In this document: positions 16,427 through 23,357 of the stretch, one piece after another | Layout: each line of letters opens with the position of its first letter | Numbering within the stretch: position 1 is the stretch's first letter | From: Burkholderia sp. FERM BP-3421 | Lineage (GTDB): Bacteria > Pseudomonadota > Gammaproteobacteria > Burkholderiales > Burkholderiaceae | Direction of reading: 5' to 3' | Assembly: GCF_028657905.1 (NCBI RefSeq) | Contig: NZ_CP117782.1 | Coordinates: 2,764,008 to 2,788,007, forward strand | DNA: 24,000 nt | Made by a program: the position numbers and the translations under genes | Notes under the pieces: generated by a model | Told to the model about the DNA's origin: nothing | Seen by the model: the letters and a program-made list of their open reading frames with translations, nothing else | Databases searched by the model: none

Positions 16427-16927
16427 ATGACACGCCCTTCCTTCGCCACCGCTTGGGCCGCCGCGATGCGAATCTACGAACCTGCAACAACCGGAGCAAC
16501 TATCGCCAAGATAATTGGCGGTACCGTTGCGCGGAACATAACCAACCCGGATCCGCAGCAACGATGGGTAAATACGTGCGCGGTCAGAATGAGCTATGTC
16601 CTGAATCAATCGGGCGTGATCGTACCGCGCCTCCCAAGAAGAACCGTTTCGGGAGCGGATGAGAAGTGGCATTTCTATCGTGTCAAAGATCTCATCGAGT
16701 TTCTGAGGCAACGATGGGGCCCACCCGAAGTCGTCCCGTTTCCACCGGCTGGCGGCGGCACACTTGCCAACAAGAAAGGAGTGGTTCTATTTGAGGTGTC
16801 GGGGTGGTCGAATGCGAACGGCCACGCAACTTTGTGGAACGGTTGCAATTGCTATGACCAATGCTACTTTAATCAACGTGAATCGACCTATCGAACCACA
16901 CGTGCCAATTTTTGGAGCCTGTCGTGA
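16427..16927 (+). CDS. tae4: type VI secretion amidase effector, Tae4 family
   Basis: 166 aa. The N-terminus MTRPSFATAW, IIGGTVARNIT, the catalytic Cys context VNTCAVRMSYVLN (Cys codon 16577-16579), VSGADEKWHFYRV, KKGVVLF, and GWSNANGHATLWNG...CYDQC follow the Tae4 layout as I remember it from Salmonella/Enterobacter Tae4. No signal peptide. GC is about 45-55 % against roughly 60-75 % in the flanks. Confidence 0.85.
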   Translation: MTRPSFATAWAAAMRIYEPATTGATIAKIIGGTVARNITNPDPQQRWVNTCAVRMSYVLNQSGVIVPRLPRRTVSGADEKWHFYRVKDLIEFLRQRWGPPEVVPFPPAGGGTLANKKGVVLFEVSGWSNANGHATLWNGCNCYDQCYFNQRESTYRTTRANFWSLS

Positions 16928-17367
16928 CGAAGCGGCTTAAGATCATTGCAACCCTGCTTGCAATTGCGACCCTCACGACGTCGGGTACTCAAGCGGCAAA
17001 TAATACGACCTCCCCACAAGCCCACTCCCGTTCCGATCGGCAAAACTTCAAGGACATGGTGCTCGCCACCTGCGTCGCCGACGCATACCGGCAGGCGCCG
17101 CTCGCGGCGCGCGACGCGGGCAGCAGCGTCAGCGCCCTGCAGGAATGGTCCCACTACGACATGGAGCGCGCGCCCGATGCGATCCGCGCGCTGGTCGACG
17201 CCTATCTCGCCCGCGACTACCGCAATCCGCTCGCGGAAGCCGAGGCCCCGGGCTTGCGATTCGATTTCCTCAAATGCCTGGACCTCTATCACAGCGCCGC
17301 GCTCGACACGCTCGCGCGACGCTTGACCGCCCCGCCGGCCCGCGCCTCCCGGCCGCGCAGCCGTTGA
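16924..17367 (+). CDS. tai4: periplasmic immunity protein, Tai4 family
   Basis: GTG 16924 overlaps the tae4 stop (GTGA) and lies 6 nt after GGAG (16914-16917). Sec signal MTKRLKIIATLLAIATLTTSGTQA. Two Cys sit in LATCVADAY and FLKCLDLYHS contexts, as in Tai4. It lies immediately downstream of the effector. Confidence 0.75.
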   Translation: MTKRLKIIATLLAIATLTTSGTQAANNTTSPQAHSRSDRQNFKDMVLATCVADAYRQAPLAARDAGSSVSALQEWSHYDMERAPDAIRALVDAYLARDYRNPLAEAEAPGLRFDFLKCLDLYHSAALDTLARRLTAPPARASRPRSR

Positions 17368-17394
17368 AGCTCCACCCGGCCTCGCGTCGCCGGC

Positions 17395-17427
17395 AAAAAC
17401 AAAAGCGGGCCGGCGGCCCGCTTTCTT
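17395..17427. terminator. bidirectional rho-independent terminator between convergent tai4 and the nucleoside hydrolase gene
   Basis: An A-run (17395-17404), then stem GCGGGCC (17405-17411) / GGCCCGC (17415-17421), then TTTCTT (17422-17427). It gives a U-tract on either strand. Confidence 0.7.
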
Positions 17428-17460
17428 CATGCATGCGCCGGGCGCGTCAGCCCGCCCGCC

Positions 17461-18603
17461 TCACTGCGCGAGCCTGACCGGCACCGGACGCGTCAGCAGA
17501 TCCACGTACAGCTCGAAGAAGCGCTTGCTGTCGAACTGCTTCACGATCTTCACCTTCTGCAGCGCGGCGCCCTCGGGCTGCCGCGCATAGCCGATCGACC
17601 GACCGTTGTCGGGGCGGCCCGGCTTCGCGACCACGTCGAGGTATTCCTCCGACACCTCCGTCGCGTAGCTCGGATCGAGCAGGTACGCGATCGTCAGCGT
17701 GTCCCAGATGTTCTGCGTGTAGTTCGGGTTGTTCTCGAAGCCGTCCTTGCCGGTGAAGCCATAGCCGTTCATCTGGCGATAGACCTCGGTGACCGCAGTC
17801 GGGTGCGCCGGGTGCGCGATGCGGTCATAGATCGGCTTGGTCAGGAACACCGTGTCGGTGACGTCGAGCGGCACCACCACCTGCGGGATCGGCAGGCGCA
17901 CCACCTCGCGCGCCGCGTCCGGATCGAACCACCAGTTGAACTCGGCCGCCTTCGTCGTGTTGCCCGCCACGTGCACCGCGCCGCCCATGTAGATGATCTG
18001 CTTGATCAGCGGCACGATCGACGGGTCGCGCTTCGCCGCGAGCGCGAGATTGGTCAGCGGGCCGACCGCGAGCACCGTGATCTCGTGCGGATTCGCCTTG
18101 ACCGTGCGGATGATGAAGTCGACCGCATGCTCGCGCTGCACGTAGGTGCGCTTCGCGAAGCCGTCGGGCGGCGCCTTCAGGTCCGATGCATGGCGCGGCT
18201 CGGGCGAATCCCACGCGCCCAGGTAGCCGTCGCCGCCCGCGCCCGCCGCCAGTTCGCGCTTGATGGTCGCGTAGTTGTGATCGAACGCGTAGTTCGCGCC
18301 GCTGTAGATGCCGATCTGGCTGCCCGCGCCGAGCCGCTCGACCGATTTCAGCGCATCGGCCACGCCCTGCTTGAGCCATTGGTTGCCCGACACGACCGTG
18401 ATGCCCATCACCTTGAGCTTGCCCTCGGCCTGCAGCTGCGCGGCCATCACGCCGAGCTGCCCGTCGTCGCTCATCGTGTTGTAGTCGCTGTCGATGATGA
18501 TCTTCGGCACGCCGTCCGTCGGCGTCGGCGCCGCCATCGCGCCGCCCGTCGCCAGCGCGGCGAACGCCGCGACTCCCACCCATTTGATGATCCCTGTCTT
18601 CAT
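17461..18603 (-). CDS. exported nucleoside hydrolase (inosine-uridine-preferring nucleoside hydrolase family)
   Basis: ATG 18603. Signal MKTGIIKWVGVAAFAALATGGAMA. N-terminal Asp cluster IIIDSDYNTMSDD. VLAVGPLTNLA and EFNWWFDPDAA are typical of the IUNH fold. The track start at 18756 adds an Arg-rich leader. Confidence 0.82.
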   Translation of the reverse strand: MKTGIIKWVGVAAFAALATGGAMAAPTPTDGVPKIIIDSDYNTMSDDGQLGVMAAQLQAEGKLKVMGITVVSGNQWLKQGVADALKSVERLGAGSQIGIYSGANYAFDHNYATIKRELAAGAGGDGYLGAWDSPEPRHASDLKAPPDGFAKRTYVQREHAVDFIIRTVKANPHEITVLAVGPLTNLALAAKRDPSIVPLIKQIIYMGGAVHVAGNTTKAAEFNWWFDPDAAREVVRLPIPQVVVPLDVTDTVFLTKPIYDRIAHPAHPTAVTEVYRQMNGYGFTGKDGFENNPNYTQNIWDTLTIAYLLDPSYATEVSEEYLDVVAKPGRPDNGRSIGYARQPEGAALQKVKIVKQFDSKRFFELYVDLLTRPVPVRLAQ

Positions 18604-18754
18604 CGGCTTGCGCCCCCTCGAATGGCCGGGCCGCGAATGCCCGGCAGCAGTTGGTATGGTGGCGGCCCGCCTGTCGCGCGGCCGCCCCGTGTTTCGCGCG
18701 CGGCGCCCGGCCGGCTCTCGATCCGGCTGACGGGCCCGTCGCCGCGCGATCGCC

Positions 18755-18763
18755 ACTATAGCA
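18755..18763 (-). promoter_or_regulatory. possible extended -10 promoter for the nucleoside hydrolase gene
   Basis: The minus strand reads TGCTATAGT (TGn + TATAGT), about 150 nt upstream of the ATG at 18603. I found no convincing -35. Confidence 0.25.
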
Positions 18764-18794
18764 AGCAGCCCGCGCCGCCGCGTCGCGCGCCGAC

Positions 18795-18827
18795 AAAAAA
18801 GGCCGGCCGGGCTCGCGCCCGCCGGCC
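18795..18827 (-). terminator. rho-independent terminator of the oxidoreductase gene
   Basis: The minus strand reads GGCCGGCGGGC-gcga-GCCCGGCCGGCC followed by TTTTTT (18800..18795). It starts 20 nt after the TAA at 18847-18849. Confidence 0.75.
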
Positions 18828-18846
18828 CTCGCGGACGATCGGCGGC

Positions 18847-21800
18847 TTACTTCGCCACCACCACCGGAATCCCGCGCAGCGCGCCCGCGCCCTTCATCTC
18901 GTCGAGCGCGTGCTGCACGGCCGCGCCGGTCGAGGCGGACAGCGACAGCCGCGCGGCCAGTTCGCGCTCCGCGCGCTTCACGCCGGCGAGATTCGCGAGC
19001 TTCACGTGGCCGTAGCCGCGCACCTTCGCGTGCAGCTCGGCCAGCTGCGCGACCTGCGCGGCATTGTCCGGCGTCAGGATCGCGAGCGCCGCGCGCAGCG
19101 TCGTCTCGTAGTCGTCGGCCAGCGCGCGCTCCATGCGCCGCTCGACGGTCCGGCCGAACGGATCGAGCCAGGTGCCGCGCAGCCCGCGCACGCGCGCGAG
19201 CGTGCGCAGCACCGGCCACAGCCACTGGCCGAACACCTGCTTGCGCGGCGCCGCGCCGCCCTTGCCCGGCTTCGCCGTGGTCGGCGGCGCGAGGTTGAAC
19301 CGGATGCGGAAGTCGCGCCCCGCGACGCCCTCGAACTGCGCTTCGAGCGCGCTGCGGAACGCGTCGTCCGCGTACAGCCGCGCGACCTCGTATTCATCCT
19401 TCACCGCGAGCAGGCGGTGGAAGGTGGTCGCGACCGCGCGCGTCACGCGCTCGTCGCCGCGCGCGCGCGCCTGGTCGACCAGCGCCCGATAACGGGCGGC
19501 ATAGCGGGCGCCGCCGTACTCGACCAGCCGCGCCTCGCGGTCGGCGATCAGCGCGTCGAGCGTCACGGGCGCGGCCGCGACGATCGCGGACGCCGCGTGA
19601 CGCGCCTGCCACAGCGCCTCGAGCCCGGCCGGATCGGCGGCCGCCATCCGGCCCACCGAGAACGCGAGCCGGTTCATCGGCACCGCGACGTTGTTCAGCT
19701 CGATCGCGCGCATCAGCGCCGCGTGCGACACGGGCACGAGCCCGAGCTGCCACGCGAAGCCGAGCATCAGGATGTTCGCGCCGATCGTGTCGCCGAGGAA
19801 GCGGCCCGCGAGCGCCTGCGCGTCGCAGCTCGACAGGTAGCCGTCGCCCGCCGCGTGGTGCATCTTCTGCAGCAGCGCGTCCGCGTGCAGGCTCGCGTCC
19901 GGGTTCTGCACGAAGGCCGCATTCGGGATCGCATGCGTGTTGACGACGATCCGCGTGCGGCCGTGCCGCACCGTCTGCAGCGCATCGCCGCTCGCGCCGA
20001 CCACCATGTCGCAGGCCAGCAGCACGTCGGCCTGCTGGGTGTCGATCCGCACCTGGTTCAGCCACTCGTCGCGCGCGGCGATCCGCACGAACGACAGCAC
20101 CGAGCCGCCCTTCTGCGCGAAGCCCATGAAATCGAGCACCGAGGCGCTCTTGCCTTCGAGGTGCGCGGCCATGCTGATCAACGCGCCCACCGTGACCACC
20201 CCGGTGCCGCCGACGCCCGTCACGAGCATGTCGTACGGCGCCGCATCGAGATGCGTGGCCGGGCGCGGCAGCGCCTCGACGCGCGCGGCGAGCGCCGCTT
20301 CGTCGAACGCCGCGCCCGCGGCCTTCTTGAGCTGCGCGCCCTCGACCGTAACGAAGCTCGGGCAGAAGCCGTTCACGCACGAGAAGTCCTTGTTGCACGA
20401 CGACTGGTCGATGCGCCGCTTGCGGCCGAGCGGCGTCTCGAGCGGCTCGACCGACAGGCAGTTCGACTGCACGCCGCAATCGCCGCAGCCTTCGCAGACG
20501 GCGTCGTTGATGAACAGGCGCTTGTCCGGGTCGGGGAATTCGCCCTTCTTGCGGCGCCGGCGCTTCTCGGCCGCGCAGGTCTGGTCGTAGATCAGCACCG
20601 TCACGCCCGCCGTGTCGCGCAGCTCGCGCTGCACCGTGTCGAGTTCGCTGCGGTGATGGAAGGTCGTGCCCTTCGGGAACAGACCGTGATGGCCGTCGTA
20701 CTTCTGCGGCTCGTCCGACACCACGACGAAGCGCGACACGCCTTCGGCCTCGACCTGCCGCGCGATCTGCGGCACCGAGATGCTGCCGTCGACCGGCTGG
20801 CCGCCCGTCATCGCGACCGCGTCGTTGTAGAGGATCTTGTAGGTGATGTTCGCGCGCGCCGCGACCGCCTGGCGGATCGCGAGGATGCCCGAATGGAAAT
20901 AGGTGCCGTCGCCGAGGTTCTGGAACACGTGGCGCGTGTTCGTGAACATCGCGTGCGCGGCCCAGTCGACGCCCTCGCCGCCCATCTGGATCAGGCCCGT
21001 CGTGTCGCGCTCCATCCACGAGGCCATGAAGTGACAGCCGATCCCCGCCTGCGCGATCGAGCCCTCGGGCACCTTGGTGGACGTGTTGTGCGGGCAGCCC
21101 GAGCAGAAGTACGGGGTGCGCCGCACCGCGTCCGCCTCGTTCGACAGGATGCTCGGCGCGACCAGATCGACCACGCGCGCGCGGCGGTCGAACGCCGGCT
21201 TGTGGCGCGCGAGCCAGTCGGCGAACACCGGCAGGATCCGCGACGGGCGCAGCTCGCCCAGCTCGGACAGCAGCGGCGCGCCCGCCGCGTCGTGCTTGCC
21301 GAGCACGCGCGGACGCGCATCGGCGGCGCGGTTGTACAGGTAGTCCTTGATCTGCTGCTCGATGACGGGCCCCTTCTCCTCGATCACGAGCACTTCCGAC
21401 AGGCCGTCGACGAACGCATCGATGCGCGACATCTCGAGCGGGAACGACAGGCCGACCTTGTAGATCCGCACCCCGGCCGCGTCGAGGTCCGCGGCGGTCA
21501 GGTCGAGGCGGCGCAGCGCTTCCATCAGGTCCAGGTGCGCCTTGCCGCAGGTGACGATGCCGACGTTCGCGTGCGCGCTCTTCGCGATCCACTTGTCGAT
21601 GCTGTGGACCCGCGAGAAATGGCGCACCGCATCGAGCTTCGCGGCGAGCCGCGCCTCGATCGCGAGGCTCGGCAGATCGGGCCAGCGGTTGTGCAGGCCG
21701 CCCGGCGGCGGCGTATAGCCTTCCGGCGCGGGCCACTCGAGCTGCAGCGCGTCGAGGTCGACGGTCGAGCCGGATTCGACCGTCTCCGAGATCGCCTTGT

Positions 21801-22425
21801 AGCCCACCCATGCGCCCGAGAAGCGCGACAGCGCCCAGCCGTACAGGCCGAATTCGAGCATGTCGGCGAGGTTCGACGGGTTCACGACCGGCATGTGCCA
21901 CGCCATCATCGTGAAATCGCTCTGATGCGGCATCGACGACGACACGCAGCCGTGATCGTCGCCCGCCACCACCAGCACGCCGCCGTGCGGCGACGCGCCG
22001 AACGCGTGGCCGTGCTTGAGCGCGTCGGCCGCTCGATCGACGCCCGGCCCCTTGCCGTACCACATCGCGAACACGCCCTCGACGGTGCGCTCCGGATCGG
22101 CCTCGACGCGCTGCGTGCCGAGCACCGCCGTGCCGCCCAGCTCCTCGTTGATCGCCGGCAGGAAACGCACGCCGCCCTGGTCGAGCAGCTTCTTCGCTTT
22201 CCACAACTGCTGATCGACCATGCCGAGCGGCGAGCCGCGATAGCCGCTGACGAAGCCCGCCGTGTTGCGCCCCTGCGCCGCGTCGAGCGCGCGCTGCATC
22301 AGCAGGAGCCGCACCAGCGCCTGCGTGCCGGTCAGGAAGATCCGGCCGCGCGTCGCGGACAGGTTGTCGGTGAGCCGGTAGTCGGACAGGGGCGGGGCGC
22401 CGTCGATCGGCAGGCGGGCGTTCAT
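18847..22425 (-). CDS. indolepyruvate ferredoxin oxidoreductase family protein (fused alpha/beta, 2-oxoacid:ferredoxin oxidoreductase)
   Basis: 1192 aa. N-terminus IFLTGTQALVRLLLMQ...GFVSGYRGSPLG, a TPP-binding region GIGCHFMA...GDGTYFHSG, a ferredoxin-like Cys cluster CEGCGDCGVQSNC, and a C-terminal gamma-like domain. ATG 22425 with GGAGA at 22440..22436. Confidence 0.92.
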   Translation of the reverse strand: MNARLPIDGAPPLSDYRLTDNLSATRGRIFLTGTQALVRLLLMQRALDAAQGRNTAGFVSGYRGSPLGMVDQQLWKAKKLLDQGGVRFLPAINEELGGTAVLGTQRVEADPERTVEGVFAMWYGKGPGVDRAADALKHGHAFGASPHGGVLVVAGDDHGCVSSSMPHQSDFTMMAWHMPVVNPSNLADMLEFGLYGWALSRFSGAWVGYKAISETVESGSTVDLDALQLEWPAPEGYTPPPGGLHNRWPDLPSLAIEARLAAKLDAVRHFSRVHSIDKWIAKSAHANVGIVTCGKAHLDLMEALRRLDLTAADLDAAGVRIYKVGLSFPLEMSRIDAFVDGLSEVLVIEEKGPVIEQQIKDYLYNRAADARPRVLGKHDAAGAPLLSELGELRPSRILPVFADWLARHKPAFDRRARVVDLVAPSILSNEADAVRRTPYFCSGCPHNTSTKVPEGSIAQAGIGCHFMASWMERDTTGLIQMGGEGVDWAAHAMFTNTRHVFQNLGDGTYFHSGILAIRQAVAARANITYKILYNDAVAMTGGQPVDGSISVPQIARQVEAEGVSRFVVVSDEPQKYDGHHGLFPKGTTFHHRSELDTVQRELRDTAGVTVLIYDQTCAAEKRRRRKKGEFPDPDKRLFINDAVCEGCGDCGVQSNCLSVEPLETPLGRKRRIDQSSCNKDFSCVNGFCPSFVTVEGAQLKKAAGAAFDEAALAARVEALPRPATHLDAAPYDMLVTGVGGTGVVTVGALISMAAHLEGKSASVLDFMGFAQKGGSVLSFVRIAARDEWLNQVRIDTQQADVLLACDMVVGASGDALQTVRHGRTRIVVNTHAIPNAAFVQNPDASLHADALLQKMHHAAGDGYLSSCDAQALAGRFLGDTIGANILMLGFAWQLGLVPVSHAALMRAIELNNVAVPMNRLAFSVGRMAAADPAGLEALWQARHAASAIVAAAPVTLDALIADREARLVEYGGARYAARYRALVDQARARGDERVTRAVATTFHRLLAVKDEYEVARLYADDAFRSALEAQFEGVAGRDFRIRFNLAPPTTAKPGKGGAAPRKQVFGQWLWPVLRTLARVRGLRGTWLDPFGRTVERRMERALADDYETTLRAALAILTPDNAAQVAQLAELHAKVRGYGHVKLANLAGVKRAERELAARLSLSASTGAAVQHALDEMKGAGALRGIPVVVAK

Positions 22426-22469
22426 AGGGGGCTTGTCTCCTGATTATGCGGTTCGCGTCTCGTGCGCGA

Positions 22470-22514
22470 TCGTCGGTCGAAAAGCGAAATCGATGGATTT
22501 CGGCACGCCGACGA
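22470..22514. promoter_or_regulatory. two-tier hairpin in the ior-gst intergenic region
   Basis: Outer stem TCGTCGG (22470-22476) / CCGACGA (22508-22514) encloses inner stem CGAAATC (22485-22491) / GATTTCG (22496-22502) with loop GATG. A T6 run lies at 22525-22530. Confidence 0.4.
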
Positions 22515-22610
22515 ATGGACTCTATTTTTTCGCGCCAATCGGAGAAATTTTTTTCTTATCTTGATCGCGCGCAGACGTCCGGAGAAAAACTGTCGACGCT
22601 TTTCGACCGA
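22473..22610. repeat. 14-bp perfect long-range inverted repeat
   Basis: TCGGTCGAAAAGCG (22473-22486) and CGCTTTTCGACCGA (22597-22610) are exact reverse complements separated by 110 nt of unusually AT-rich sequence. Confidence 0.85.
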
Positions 22611-22742
22611 TTTGAGTGAGATCTGCCGGCGCGGTGCGCGGGTCGCGCCGGGCGCGCGATGCTGCGGCGCAATATCCGGCGCGCGCTCGCGCGGCGGCGG
22701 GCATCACGCTAGAGTGGCGGGAACCGGTGAGGAGACTGTGCG

Positions 22743-23357
22743 ATGAAACTGTATTACTGGCCCAAGACCCGCGCGTTCCGCGCGCTGTGGATGCTCGAGG
22801 AGATCGGTGCGGCCTACGAGCTGGTGCCCGTCAACATCCGCGCGCACGAGCAGGACGGCGACGCGTTCCACCGCGTGAATCCGATGGCGAAGCTGCCGGC
22901 GCTCGAGGACGGCGGCATGCCGTTCGGCGAATCGGGCGCGGTGCTGCTGTACCTCGCGGACCGCTATCCCGCCGCCGGCCTCGGCGTGCCGCTCGACGAT
23001 CCGCTGCGCGGACGGTTCCTGCAGTGGATGAACTTCACGCCCGCCTGCCTCGAACCCGCGATGGCGGAAAAATTCACCGGCGCGGCCGGCAATCCCGCCG
23101 CGTTCGGCTGGGGCAGTCTCGAACGCGTGCAGCAGGCGCTCGACGCCACGCTCGACGGGCAACCCTGGCTGCTCGGCGAGCGCTTCAGCGCCGCCGACAT
23201 CCTGCTCGTGAACACCCTGGAGATCGCCCTCTCCGCCGGCCTGCTGCCGCGCGAGGGACGATACGGCGCGTACGTGGACCGCGCGCACGCGCGCGACGGC
23301 TACCGGCGCGCGTGCGCCGTCGAGGCGCGCGAGCTGGCGCGCCTCATGCCCGGCTGA
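22743..23357 (+). CDS. glutathione S-transferase family protein
   Basis: ATG 22743 follows GAGGAG. N-terminal thioredoxin-like fold MKLYYWPKTRAFRALWMLEE, with KLPALEDGG..FGESGAVLLYLADRY (the GST G-site pattern). C-terminal helical domain. TGA at 23355-23357. Confidence 0.88.
   Translation: MKLYYWPKTRAFRALWMLEEIGAAYELVPVNIRAHEQDGDAFHRVNPMAKLPALEDGGMPFGESGAVLLYLADRYPAAGLGVPLDDPLRGRFLQWMNFTPACLEPAMAEKFTGAAGNPAAFGWGSLERVQQALDATLDGQPWLLGERFSAADILLVNTLEIALSAGLLPREGRYGAYVDRAHARDGYRRACAVEARELARLMPG

Noticed and set aside
17803-22443. 1546-aa + strand ORF antisense to the nucleoside hydrolase and oxidoreductase genes. The 936-aa minus-strand ORF 19394..22204 is a similar case.
   Set aside because: Both have Arg-dominated nonsense composition and lie entirely within or opposite the motif-rich 1192-aa oxidoreductase gene. 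They are shadow ORFs.
22462-22746. 94-aa ORF in the ior-gst intergenic region
   Set aside because: It has atypical composition and no SD. It runs through the AT-rich repeat-containing region into the gst start. That region is more plausibly regulatory or leader sequence.
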